DNA of 64,000 nt from Balanoglossus misakiensis (Eukaryota; Animalia; Hemichordata). The stretch covers positions 62,001-126,000 of the forward strand of contig JBECUI020000027.1 of NCBI GenBank assembly GCA_040954595.2, in the 5' to 3' direction. How positions within the stretch are numbered: position 1 is the stretch's first letter; each line of letters begins with the position of its first letter. Made by a program: the position numbers and the translations under genes. Under the pieces are notes generated by a model, which ran no database searches, was not told where the DNA came from, and saw only the letters and a program-made list of their open reading frames with translations. Shown here piece by piece: positions 11,023 through 21,213 of the stretch.

Positions 11023-12126
11023 ATGAAAAATCCCAGAAGATGGGTAATGATGTGTTTAGTTTTTGTTTCTACAGCCATGTTTGCTGTGATGGTCTTTGCA
11101 GGTGGTACAAGTGAAAATGGGAAACCCTATATCGCCGTTGTATCAAAGGGTGAACAACATGATTTCTGGCAACAGGTTAAATTAGGGGCCAACGCTTCGG
11201 CTCAAGAATTTGGAGTAGACGTTACATTTGAAGGTCCCCCTTCTGAAAGTGACGTTCAGATTCAGGTTGAAATGCTCAACAACGCCATAGCTAAAAAGCC
11301 CGTGGCCATCGCTCTGGCCGCCCTGGACACCACTGCGGTGATGGACCAGTTACAGGAGACCTTAGATATGGGAATTCCTGTTATAGGGTTTGACTCCGGT
11401 GTTCCCAATGCCCCTGCAGGTTCCATCCGAGCCAACGCATCCACCGACAACTATGCTGCCGCTGGAATGGCCGCCGCAAAAATGTTCTCTGCAATCCGTA
11501 ACAATATTGAAGCGGCCACCGCCGCCAATCCTGTTACCATTGTGGTAATGAATCAGGACGCCGCAGGCGAATCTCTGCTCAGCCGGGGAAAAGGCTTCCG
11601 TGACACGATGCTTGATTTGATTATCACCAACACAGCCCTTTCAGCCCAAGATATTATGGTTACCGGAAATCCCGCCTATATAGCCCCTGACAGTCCCACT
11701 TCCGGCAACAAGGTCATGATCGAGATGGTAGTACCGGCTTCTGCAGACGCTACCGACACTGCAGCTGCGGGGACGGCAGTCTTGAACAAAGTGGCAGAGG
11801 CCAATATTCTTGGTATTTTCTGTTCTAATGAAGCAACGGTAAAAGGTATTCTGGCCGCCACTAATGATGGTGCCGATCTGCCTAGACTTTATCCTAATAC
11901 GATCGTTATTGGATATGATGCCGGAGCTGGCCAGAAGAACGCTGTCCGCAATAAGTACTTTCTTGGTTCTATAACCCAGGATCCCTACTCCATTGGCTAC
12001 AAGGCCGTCGAACTTGCCTACAAAGCCTACATGGGGGAAATGGTCGCTGATGTTGATACTGGCGCAAAGTTCTATAACTACATGAATATGGACGATGCCG
12101 ACATAGCAGGACTGCTTTACGATTGA
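11023..12126 (+). CDS. Sugar ABC transporter substrate-binding protein
   Basis: Signal peptide ending VFAGG; KGEQHDFWQQV, IGFDSG, TQDPYSIG periplasmic-binding-protein type I motifs. Confidence 0.92.
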   Translation: MKNPRRWVMMCLVFVSTAMFAVMVFAGGTSENGKPYIAVVSKGEQHDFWQQVKLGANASAQEFGVDVTFEGPPSESDVQIQVEMLNNAIAKKPVAIALAALDTTAVMDQLQETLDMGIPVIGFDSGVPNAPAGSIRANASTDNYAAAGMAAAKMFSAIRNNIEAATAANPVTIVVMNQDAAGESLLSRGKGFRDTMLDLIITNTALSAQDIMVTGNPAYIAPDSPTSGNKVMIEMVVPASADATDTAAAGTAVLNKVAEANILGIFCSNEATVKGILAATNDGADLPRLYPNTIVIGYDAGAGQKNAVRNKYFLGSITQDPYSIGYKAVELAYKAYMGEMVADVDTGAKFYNYMNMDDADIAGLLYD

Positions 12127-12179
12127 ACTTTAGGCTCTAGGAAAAACCTTCCCCCCCTTGGGAAACTTCAGAGGAAGAC

Positions 12180-13226
12180 TTACAACGGGGGGATCGTTCC
12201 ATCGATATCCCAAAGTTCGCTCCAGTCCTGCCCATCCTTCCAAAGAAATACCTGGCCCTTGATTAAACGGCAGTTTTTGTCTACTCCAGCGAGGGCTTTC
12301 ATGTCTTCCTCCCCAAGCGGTTTCTCAACAACAGCCAACAAATTGTTCCTTATATTCTGACGTCTTACCGAAAAGGGAATGGGTACCTGCCCTCGCTGTA
12401 GCGCCCACTTCAGACAGATCATAGCAGGATGCAGCCCCAACCGCTCTGCCATGGCCACCACGACGGGATCTTCCATAGCCACCGTATCCTCTTCCATGCG
12501 GTCACGTTCCGGGCGTCCGGGAGAACCCAGAGGACTGAAGCCTATGGGCAAAATGTCCCTCTCCACCAGATAATTGAAGAATTCAGGTTGTTGAAAATGG
12601 GGGTGCAACTCCATCTCGTTGCATGTCGGCTTGAGTCGGCAGTCCCGCAGAACTAGCTCAAGCTTTGGAATGGTCATGTTTGAAGTACCGATATGCCGAG
12701 CTAAGCCTCTATCCACCAGATCTTCCATTTGCTGCCAGGTCTTCATGTAATTCTGATGAATATAGGGTTGGGAATCGGGACTTCGGGAATCTACGCTACA
12801 GCCGGGGGGATGATAGTTGGGGAAGGGCCAGTGCAGCAGGATAAGGTCCAGATAATCCAATTGAAGGTCCTTTAAAGATTGTATACAGGAACGAAGGACA
12901 TCTCCCTCCCCATGTTTGTCGTTCCACACCTTGGAAGTAACCCACAACTCCTCCCGTGCAATCAAACCGCTGCCCAAGACCTCTGCCAGAACCTTTCCTA
13001 TCTCGGCTTCGTTTCCATATACTGAGGCACAATCCAAATGCCGATACCCCAGGGACAAAGCCTCTCGAACCGCAGAAGCCACTTTCTTGGAGTCTGGGCC
13101 ATCACTGCTGAAAGTCCCCAAACCTATCCCCGGGATCCGGGCTCCTGTAGATAAGGTTTTGAAGGGTACCTTTGCGGGATCCACGGCATCGGGGGCCAGC
13201 TGGAAGAAAGTTTCTCTACTAAGCAT
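12180..13226 (-). CDS. Aldo/keto reductase
   Basis: GLGTF, GYRHLDCASVYGNE, TSKVW, LLHWP, IGTSN catalytic-tetrad context. Confidence 0.93.
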   Translation of the reverse strand: MLSRETFFQLAPDAVDPAKVPFKTLSTGARIPGIGLGTFSSDGPDSKKVASAVREALSLGYRHLDCASVYGNEAEIGKVLAEVLGSGLIAREELWVTSKVWNDKHGEGDVLRSCIQSLKDLQLDYLDLILLHWPFPNYHPPGCSVDSRSPDSQPYIHQNYMKTWQQMEDLVDRGLARHIGTSNMTIPKLELVLRDCRLKPTCNEMELHPHFQQPEFFNYLVERDILPIGFSPLGSPGRPERDRMEEDTVAMEDPVVVAMAERLGLHPAMICLKWALQRGQVPIPFSVRRQNIRNNLLAVVEKPLGEEDMKALAGVDKNCRLIKGQVFLWKDGQDWSELWDIDGTIPPL

Positions 13227-13231
13227 GTTCC

Positions 13232-14341
13232 CTACCTCACTTCCTCATCAAAAACCACCGCCACCTTGCCGCAGCTTCCTTCGGCCATAAGCGCATAGGC
13301 TTTGTCCGCCTGGTCCAGAGTAAAACGATCTGTTACCAGATCCTCTGGATGGATACCCCAACGATGAATACGCTCCAGCAGCTCTTCCATCCGCCAAATG
13401 CTGGTTACCCAACTGCCGTAGAGCATTTTCTGATCATGAATAAGATCCGGACTGGGTTGGAACTCTACCCTGCCCCCTTCTCCAATAAAGCAAATTTTAC
13501 CCCATCGACTGGCAGCCTGGATGCAGGTCAGGCGAGCCTTATCGTTGGCAGAACAGTCCACAGTTTTCTCACAACCCCGCCCCCCGGTCAGTTCTCGAAT
13601 CTGCTTAAGATTAGCCTCACCAGCAAGCAGCGCATAATCAATAAGTCCCAACTCTTCGGCTATCTTTAGACGCTGGGGAACCACATCTATACCGATGGTC
13701 ATCCCTGCCCCCATGGCCCGAGCAAGCATCAGAGCCGCCAAACCGACAGGACCTAGACCAGTTACCAAAACACGGTCATTGCCATTAATCCCTATCTTCT
13801 CCAAGCCCTCATAGACCGTCCCAAAACCGCAAGCTACCTGGGCTCCATCGGTGTAGCTTAACCCATCAGGCAGGAGTAGTAGGTCCTTCTCTTCGGCTAT
13901 GAGATACTCCGCCATTCCTCCATCACGCTGCCAACCATATGCCTTCCGATGCTTTTTACTGGTACAACTAATCATATATCCCCGACGGCAGTCATTACAG
14001 ATTCCACAGCCAGAGATATGATAAACAACTACCCGATCACCCTTTTTAAAGTGCCGCAGGCCCGGCCCTTCAGCAACAATCTGTCCACAAGGTTCATGCC
14101 CGGCAATAACGCCCTGATAGCCTTCGGGACCCTTGCCCTTATGTTCATGATATATAGCCCGGATATCGCTTCCGCAAATAGTGGAGGCCTTCATTTTCAG
14201 GAGCAGCTCTCCATGTGCTGGAATCGGAACTTCGTATTCCCTAAACTCCACAGTGCTATTGCCCGGCAAGACCACACCTTGCATTGAACTTCTCATCCGT
14301 CCCTCCCAAACGCAATAAATCTGGAACTTTCTGAGTTCCAC
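13232..14341 (-). CDS. Zinc-dependent alcohol/polyol dehydrogenase (YphC-like MDR family)
   Basis: ICGSD, GHE, CGICNDC..C structural zinc site, GLGPVG; likely start ATG 14296. Confidence 0.92.
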   Translation of the reverse strand: MELRKFQIYCVWEGRMRSSMQGVVLPGNSTVEFREYEVPIPAHGELLLKMKASTICGSDIRAIYHEHKGKGPEGYQGVIAGHEPCGQIVAEGPGLRHFKKGDRVVVYHISGCGICNDCRRGYMISCTSKKHRKAYGWQRDGGMAEYLIAEEKDLLLLPDGLSYTDGAQVACGFGTVYEGLEKIGINGNDRVLVTGLGPVGLAALMLARAMGAGMTIGIDVVPQRLKIAEELGLIDYALLAGEANLKQIRELTGGRGCEKTVDCSANDKARLTCIQAASRWGKICFIGEGGRVEFQPSPDLIHDQKMLYGSWVTSIWRMEELLERIHRWGIHPEDLVTDRFTLDQADKAYALMAEGSCGKVAVVFDEEVR

Positions 14342-14557
14342 TCTTGTAAAATTACTTGCTTCGAGGACAAAGCAAATCTCCTATCTATTTATAGGAACAA
14401 CCATAACCCGAGACCGAAGAAAATACTCTTGGAGTAGAATACTGTTAGGGTAGGCCGTTGTATGGACCAGCTCATATTCTCTAAACGGTGATGCTTGGGT
14501 CCTTTTTGTCCTTGCTGCTTAAACTTCTTCTTTTCATAGAAACCAGAACAGAAAACA

Positions 14558-15595
14558 TTAAGAAGTTCTGGACAAAGTAGCGACACTGGAACGCTTTATA
14601 AGCTCCCCACTGATACTTACCTTGGAGTAAGGCAAAGAAGCTCCCTCGGTCAACCTCTCTTTCAAAATCCGTGCAGCGATGGCCCCTATTCTCACTTTAC
14701 TAACACTCACCGTAGTAAGGGGAGGGTTGGACACTGAGGCAAGGGGGATATCATCAAAACCAATAAGGGAGATGTCTTGAGGAATACGATAACCCTTTTC
14801 TTTAAAGGCGCGCAAACACCCGCAGGCAATAAGATCGTTAATGCAGAATAGTGCTGTGGGAAGTTCCCTGCTCTTACCCAACAGAGAAAGCATATCCGCA
14901 TAAGCCCCATGGAATGTAGTTCTTACAGAAAAGCAGTACTTCTCTTCCGGGACTAAACCAAAATAAAGCATACTGGCCTTGAACTCTTCTAGTCTCAGTT
15001 TTATATTGGGTGTTTCTGGAGAAGCAGTAATAATTCCGATTTTCCTGTGGCCCTTGCTAATAAATTCATTAACCACCAAATGCACTGAATCTTCATTATT
15101 CATATCCACAAAATCGAAAGCCTGATACTTATAGAAAGCATCAATAAACACCACCGGTTTTTGAATAAGCTTGAAGACCTCTGCTTCGCTCTCTGAAAGC
15201 TCTGTCCCCAAAACGATGAAACCTCCAGCGTCCACATCGAGCAGGGAATTCACTATTTTATCAATGGGCTCAGCAATAAAGGTGGAGATGTTCAGATTTA
15301 AACCCTCACTCTCACAGCCCTTGCTCAGTCCCTCAATATAATCTGAAATAAACACATCGTGATCCCGATTCACAATCTGTCCGTGCCTGGAGATGTGAAG
15401 GAAACTTACCGTATTCTCTGAAATATGAGACTTGGTTTTGGGACCTCGATATCCCATCTCTCGAGCGATAGAGAGTATCTTGATTCTTCGGGCTTCTCCA
15501 ACTCCCTGCTTACCGTTTAAAACAAGCGAAACCGTAGAGAGAGAAACTTGGGCTCTTTCTGCTATATCTGATAAGCGTACGCTCATATGATCCAT
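14558..15595 (-). CDS. LacI family transcriptional regulator
   Basis: LSDIAERAQVSLSTVSLVLNG HTH; IPQDISLIGFDD and PPLTTV C-terminal motifs. Confidence 0.95.
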   Translation of the reverse strand: MDHMSVRLSDIAERAQVSLSTVSLVLNGKQGVGEARRIKILSIAREMGYRGPKTKSHISENTVSFLHISRHGQIVNRDHDVFISDYIEGLSKGCESEGLNLNISTFIAEPIDKIVNSLLDVDAGGFIVLGTELSESEAEVFKLIQKPVVFIDAFYKYQAFDFVDMNNEDSVHLVVNEFISKGHRKIGIITASPETPNIKLRLEEFKASMLYFGLVPEEKYCFSVRTTFHGAYADMLSLLGKSRELPTALFCINDLIACGCLRAFKEKGYRIPQDISLIGFDDIPLASVSNPPLTTVSVSKVRIGAIAARILKERLTEGASLPYSKVSISGELIKRSSVATLSRTS

Positions 15596-15771
15596 TTTTT
15601 ATAATCCCTTTATCAATTACCTTATTCCTAAATGGGAGGAGTATAGATGGCAAATTTGCTGCGATTTCAATAAATTCTCAATTGAGATGCTACCCCTAAC
15701 TAGAAAATATGATTTTAGTTTATACTAAACTGGTTAAATTATATTTCTTATTAAAAAAAATACAAGTTTTT

Positions 15772-15790
15772 TCTAATAAATTTTAATAGA
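15772..15790. promoter_or_regulatory. Candidate operator (copy 1)
   Basis: TCTAATAAA-t-TTTAATAGA near-palindrome, repeated at 18560-18578 upstream of the paralogous intact gene. Confidence 0.4.
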
Positions 15791-15848
15791 TTTTTTTAAT
15801 AGCGATCAATACCATTAAGTTCATAGCTTTTCCAGAAAAGGCACTCAA

Positions 15849-16420
15849 ATGAAAAAATTATTATCGTAGTTGTTATTTTTGTTTTCTCTGCCGCTTCTTC
15901 TGCCGCTATGCACGTACAGGTAATTCAGAATCTTACTAGTCTGAAGTGTGGATGCCTGCTATGACTTCTGCTGTTCCTCCATTCCCCCATTTCAGAAGAG
16001 ACTTTGATCTCAGGGACTTATCGTCGTTACCCTCAAAACTTCCCTTTTAGACAATACCTGGATGACATCGGAGCCTTCGTGAATGCTGGTTATGCTGCTT
16101 CTATTATGGACAACTTGCCAAGGTCATGGGGGATGGAGATACTCCATCGATGGTTGGACATCTAATGATTGGGCTGTTGATGGAGCGGCTCATCAGAACA
16201 ATAGGGTCAAGTTCTGCTAAGTTTCTTCCCAAGGGTAGCTCAGGGTAGAATAGAAAAACACTATGGCAGGAAGGTACTAAGAGGCCAGAAAGCTGTTCAA
16301 GAAATATCCCGAGTTAAAAGCATTAAGAAGAATCTCCTTAATGTTGCCCCTGGTATTTCCAGAACTATAGAAGACTTGGATCTCAAGAATACGGTATTGT
16401 TCCGGTATAAGACCTGTTCC
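15849..16420 (+). pseudogene. Decayed paralogue of the sugar-binding protein gene at 18638
   Basis: Colinear nucleotide matches to 18857-19405 (e.g. GCCGCTATGCA, ATGACATCG.AGCCTT.GTGAATGCTG, GCCCCTGGTATTTCCAGA) with stops, frameshifts and deletions. Confidence 0.8.
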
Positions 16421-17362
16421 TTCACACTTCCCATTCCTAAAACGATGTGGGCTAATATGGTAGAGATAAAGAAAGCAAACTCTACCCCTCTTCACCCCCA
16501 CCTATTTCTTACCATGACTTTTCAGCTTCATAGCTAATTGCCACACCATTACAAACATCGCCGTTCTTGAACAACATCTCTTTGTTCTCCACCTGACTGT
16601 GGCGCAGCTAGATTCAAGCAAAGTGATAGTGGATATCCAAGGTATTGCCGGAACTATGCACACAGTGAACAAATCAACTTAAAATTTTTTCAGGCAACTG
16701 ACTTCTCCTGGAAAATCATCCTAAAAAGAAGAAACGAAAGACAGTTTGTCCAGCATTAATTTCCGTGTTGGCCATGGGCATATCAGGAATCATCGATTTT
16801 GCCTGTATTGGACACTCTTTGAGGATTCTATCGAGAATACTGACAGTCCTGTGCGGCCAGAGGCGTTGAAGTTTCGTCTCTGAAAAAAACCAAAAGATTT
16901 TTAGAATCTCAAGACAGCGTCTTCGAGTTGTCAGCTTCGGTGCAACTGTAATCTCATGTCTTTTCAAACCCCCAAGCATTTCGGTCCAACGGTAGGAGGG
17001 TTTCCCAGTAACATCGTTAACAGCCTGCAGTACCTTGTTCCCGGAGTTCTCCTCACTCTTCAGCAGGGGTTTACAACTCTCTGGTGCTATCCAGAAGGAC
17101 ATTGATGGGTATTCCAGCCACCCAGGAATTCTTGCTTAGAACCCGCCCTTGCCATACAGAGGAATAATCTTATCGACTCCTCTTCAGCCGAACTTTGTTG
17201 ACAAAAGATACGACCAATCCGAGGCATCTGTCGGTTATGCAAAACTGATTATTCTTAATCCCTGGGGTTTTCAGATGAGCAAAAAAGTTGTTCCATTAGC
17301 TTTACCTTCCTGCTCACTTTAAACAATGCCCACAACACGGTGATATCCGCTTTCCCAAAGGC

Positions 17363-17928
17363 TTATCCTACCAGAATGCTCAGATAGAGAACTTCTCCGC
17401 TCCATGAGTTTTTGAAAAACTGTTCCATCCAGATACGCCATTGATGAGTCGATTCCAACAGGTAACGAGTCTCTCTTAGATCTCCTGGTTCACATTGCTC
17501 ATTCTCGGAAGCACTTACCTTGATTTCCTCAAGAGTCTCGGTGATATCTTCAACTCTACACACGGAGACACCGGCTGAACACATTTCAACTAAGGCTTCT
17601 TCAACGGAAGTTTCCCGGCGTTTATAACGCTCAATAATTGCTGTTTCAAATGGAAGCCGAAGTAGGGACAGGTCGCGACCTGTCCCTACTCTGCAGTGAT
17701 ATCCAACTTCCTGGTGTAATGTCCGGCACGAGTAACTTTTTGTGCATACGTAGGTTCGTATTTTTCAGCCTGAAGTAAACTCTCTACCTCCGCATAGAGC
17801 ATGCCATTCAAGGTTGCCTCATACAGATTTCTTTAACCTATTGGGCTCACCTGGTTCTGCATGAGACCTACATCGAGCTGTATGTTCTTTCTGTATGGGT
17901 TTTCTTTGACTTCATTCTGTCTTCCCTG
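17363..17928 (-). mobile_element. IS256-family transposase remnant (5' part) containing one REP palindrome
   Basis: Translates to LPFETAIIERYKRRETSVEEAL..M.SAGVS..RVEDITE, typical of the IS256 N-terminus; homologous to the units at 24.4-29 kb. Confidence 0.85.
17661..17690. repeat. 30-bp perfect palindrome, GTAG-type REP-like element
   Basis: AGTAGGGACAGGTCGCGACCTGTCCCTACT is self-complementary. Confidence 0.85.
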
Positions 17929-18559
17929 TAGAATGGCTGATAGCCTACTATCTGGCCCTCTCCAGTTACGATCTACCGAGATCTTTGTAGCTATTCCTGA
18001 TAACTAAACTTGTCTATTTTTACCAACAAAAGCTTTGTATTTTTCAAGGTGTCCATCTGCTTCAGCCCTGACGGCATCCTATAATAACTTCTGAGTTCTT
18101 TGTTTAATAATTAGCCCAATGGGCTTAGATTTTTAATCGTTTCTGTACGTTCATAGAAAACTGGTTTTTAAGATGTCTATAAGAAGTTCTCCATTAATTC
18201 AGATAAATTCCACCACTGGATAAGAACTCTCGCCGGTAATCTTCTCCAGTTTGACCGGGTACACGAGAAAAAAGGCATTACCGCAAAACCAGGCAATTGC
18301 AAAAAATGTTATTTTTACAACTTTAAAAATAGGGGAAAGATTAATAGCGATTCGTGTTTCGGCAACAACATTGCTGCCTGAGTTAACTCTGTTAGCTTTG
18401 TGTTTAATTTCTTTGTCAAGATGATGGGAGTATGCCTGAGCTCTCCCCTATCACACATTTACCTATTTTTTATGCAAGTGCAGCATTAAAGGAATCAAAA
18501 GTTAAGTTTTTAAAAATAACTTCATTATCACAAGATATCACTTAAAAATATAAGAATTT

Positions 18560-18578
18560 TCTAATAAAATTTAATAGA
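18560..18578. promoter_or_regulatory. Candidate operator (copy 2)
   Basis: TCTAATAAA-a-TTTAATAGA, 5 bp upstream of a TTGACA hexamer (18584-18589). Confidence 0.4.
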
Positions 18579-18637
18579 TTCCATTGACATATACATCAAT
18601 ATTAGGGAATCATAATCTTCTTAGAAGAGGTGCACAG

Positions 18638-19651
18638 ATGAAAAAAGTAGTTATTTTGCTTTGTATGATTTTCGTTTCCTTCGTTGCCTTTGCTGCCGGT
18701 AGTCAGGCAACTGGCCCCAAGCCTGAATCCGAATGGAAGATTGCCTTGGTACCCAAGGACAGTACCAATGCCTGGTTTGTCCGAATGGAAGTTGGTGTTA
18801 AGGAATTTGCTGCCGAGACAGGTTTAAATGTCTTTCAGAAGGGTCCAGCAAAAACTGATGCCGCTATGCAGGTTCAGGTGATTCAAGACCTCATTGCCCA
18901 GGGTGTGGATGCTCTTGCTGTGGTGCCCGTTGATCCTGCGGCCCTGGAACCCATTTTAGGAGAGGCTTTGGATAAAGGCATTGTTGTCGTTACCCATGAA
19001 GCATCCTTTCAAGAAAACACCATGTATGACATCGAAGCCTTTGTGAATGCTGATTATGGTGCTTTTATTATGGACAATCTGGCCAAGGCCATGGGGGGAA
19101 GTGGAATCTACACTACCATGGTTGGACATGTGACGAATGCTTCTCATAACGAATGGGCCGACGGTGGTGTGGCTCATCAAGAGATGACCTATCCCAATAT
19201 GAAACTTCTTGAAAGTGAACTACGGGTAGAATCGGAAGACAACATGGAAAGAGCGTACGAAAAGGCTAAGGAGCTGTTCAAAAAATACCCCGATCTAAAA
19301 GGGATTATGGGAACTTCCTCTAAAGATGCCCCTGGTATTTCCAGAGCTATCGAAGAGATGGGTCTTAAGGATAAGGTCTTTGTAGCTGGTACAGGTCTTG
19401 TTTCCGAATGCCGCCCCTTCCTGGAAAGCGGGACGCTCCAATATATCACCCTTTGGGATCCTAAAGATGCTGGCTATGCCATGGTCAGCTTGGCTGTCAA
19501 GATTCTAAGAGGTGAAACCATTGCCAACGGTCTGGATTTGGGAGTTCAGGGTTACAATAACATGAACTTTGCTCCCGGTTCTGATAAGGTTCTCGTGGGG
19601 GCCGGATGGATTGTGATGACCAAAGACAATATGGATCAATACAATTTCTAA
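18638..19651 (+). CDS. Sugar ABC substrate-binding protein (RhaS/LsrB-like)
   Basis: MKK signal peptide after AGAGGT RBS; VPKDSTNAWFVRM, QVIQDLIAQGVDA, TLWDP; the ORF track start at 18584 is probably too long. Confidence 0.9.
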   Translation: MKKVVILLCMIFVSFVAFAAGSQATGPKPESEWKIALVPKDSTNAWFVRMEVGVKEFAAETGLNVFQKGPAKTDAAMQVQVIQDLIAQGVDALAVVPVDPAALEPILGEALDKGIVVVTHEASFQENTMYDIEAFVNADYGAFIMDNLAKAMGGSGIYTTMVGHVTNASHNEWADGGVAHQEMTYPNMKLLESELRVESEDNMERAYEKAKELFKKYPDLKGIMGTSSKDAPGISRAIEEMGLKDKVFVAGTGLVSECRPFLESGTLQYITLWDPKDAGYAMVSLAVKILRGETIANGLDLGVQGYNNMNFAPGSDKVLVGAGWIVMTKDNMDQYNF

Positions 19652-19719
19652 TGAAATTGTCTAAAAACTAAAGGTTTCCGCTTCCGTATTCGATGCAAAA
19701 TTTTTGATAAGGTTTTGGT

Positions 19720-21213
19720 ATGTCTGACATTATTCTGCAAGCACAGGCTGTTAAGAAAAGCTTTGGGGGGGTAAAAGCCCTCAAAGGTGTGGACCTTCTC
19801 ATAAGGAGGGGAGAAATACACTGCCTGGCCGGAGAAAATGGAAGCGGGAAATCCACACTTATAAAAATAATATCTGGATTTTATACTGCTGACGCTGGAA
19901 GTTTTGTTTTTGATAATCTAACTTACCACAAAATATCCACGGCCGAGGCAATACATAAAGGGATTCAAGTAATTTACCAGGATTTTTCTCTGTTTCCGAA
20001 CCTGACGGTTACAGAGAATCTTGCCTTCAACATGGAGCTGATGAATCGCCGTAAGCTTGTCAACAGAAAGCGTATGCGAAATATTGCCGATACAGCGATT
20101 TCCCGTATCGGATTTACCATAGATCCGAACGAAAGATTAGAAAATTTAGGTGTAGCGGATAGGCAGCTCATAGCCATAGGCCGGGCCCTTCTCTACGATG
20201 CCAAGATGATCATCATGGATGAACCCACCACGGCTCTTACCAGAAAAGAAGTCAGGCATCTTTTTAGAATTATTAAAAACCTGCAAAGTCAGGGTATCTC
20301 CATACTTTTTATTTCCCATAAACTCGATGAAGTTTTTGAAATCTCTGAAAGATACACCATCCTCCGGAATGGTGAAAATGTAACTTCGGGGGATACCAGC
20401 GAGCTCAATACAAAGAAATTTTCTTATTACATGACCGGTCGGGATTTCCCTGAAGAAAATTTTCTCCCCTCTGTTTTAAGTGAAAAGCCTTTCCTTACCG
20501 TCAAAAATCTATCCAGGGAGGGGGCCTTTGATAAGGTAGATTTCTCCCTTCATCTTGGAGAAATTCTGGGAATTACCGGGCTTCTTGGTTCTGGACGTAC
20601 CGATCTGGTGGAATCTCTTTTCGGCCTTGTCGAAGCCGAAAAGGGAAACGTGACGCTGAACGGAAAAAAAATTCGTATTAAAAATGTTAAGAATGCCATG
20701 AATAATGGCATCGGTTATGTGGCTGAAGATCGACTCACAAAGGGACTTTTTCTTCCTCAGTCCATCAAGTTGAATATGATTGTTTCCCGGTTGGAAGATG
20801 TTTCTTCTAAGTCAGGTTTTTTAAAGATGGAAAAGATTAAACAAGAGGTGGACGATTGGATAGAGAAGCTTGCTGTGGCGATTTCTGACCCGGAGCAAGC
20901 TGTACAAACTCTCTCTGGAGGAAATCAACAAAAAGTACTGCTTTCTCGCTGGTTGGCTAAGAATTTTAAATTACTCATCCTCAACGGCCCCACTGTGGGA
21001 GTGGACATAGGTTCCAAATACGACATTCATAAACTTCTTAAGGAATTAGCCCAGAAAGGACTTGCCATCATTGTTATTTCCGACGATCTTCCTGAAGTCC
21101 TTTCCCTATGTAGCCGAGTACTCATCATGAGAAATGGTAGAATTGCTAAGGAGTTCATCCCCCACACAAGCAATGAAGAAGAATTAGACGAACTTATTGC
21201 CGGATCGGCTTAG
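19720..21213 (+). CDS. Sugar ABC transporter ATP-binding protein
   Basis: GENGSGKST, MDEPT, LSGGNQQK, GPTVGVDIG. Confidence 0.95.
   Translation: MSDIILQAQAVKKSFGGVKALKGVDLLIRRGEIHCLAGENGSGKSTLIKIISGFYTADAGSFVFDNLTYHKISTAEAIHKGIQVIYQDFSLFPNLTVTENLAFNMELMNRRKLVNRKRMRNIADTAISRIGFTIDPNERLENLGVADRQLIAIGRALLYDAKMIIMDEPTTALTRKEVRHLFRIIKNLQSQGISILFISHKLDEVFEISERYTILRNGENVTSGDTSELNTKKFSYYMTGRDFPEENFLPSVLSEKPFLTVKNLSREGAFDKVDFSLHLGEILGITGLLGSGRTDLVESLFGLVEAEKGNVTLNGKKIRIKNVKNAMNNGIGYVAEDRLTKGLFLPQSIKLNMIVSRLEDVSSKSGFLKMEKIKQEVDDWIEKLAVAISDPEQAVQTLSGGNQQKVLLSRWLAKNFKLLILNGPTVGVDIGSKYDIHKLLKELAQKGLAIIVISDDLPEVLSLCSRVLIMRNGRIAKEFIPHTSNEEELDELIAGSA

Noticed and set aside
16430-17340. Probable decayed gene(s) on the minus strand
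   Set aside because: Short broken ORFs with no motif I can assign; needs BLASTX
17930-18430. Possible further pseudogene remnant
   Set aside because: No recognisable motif
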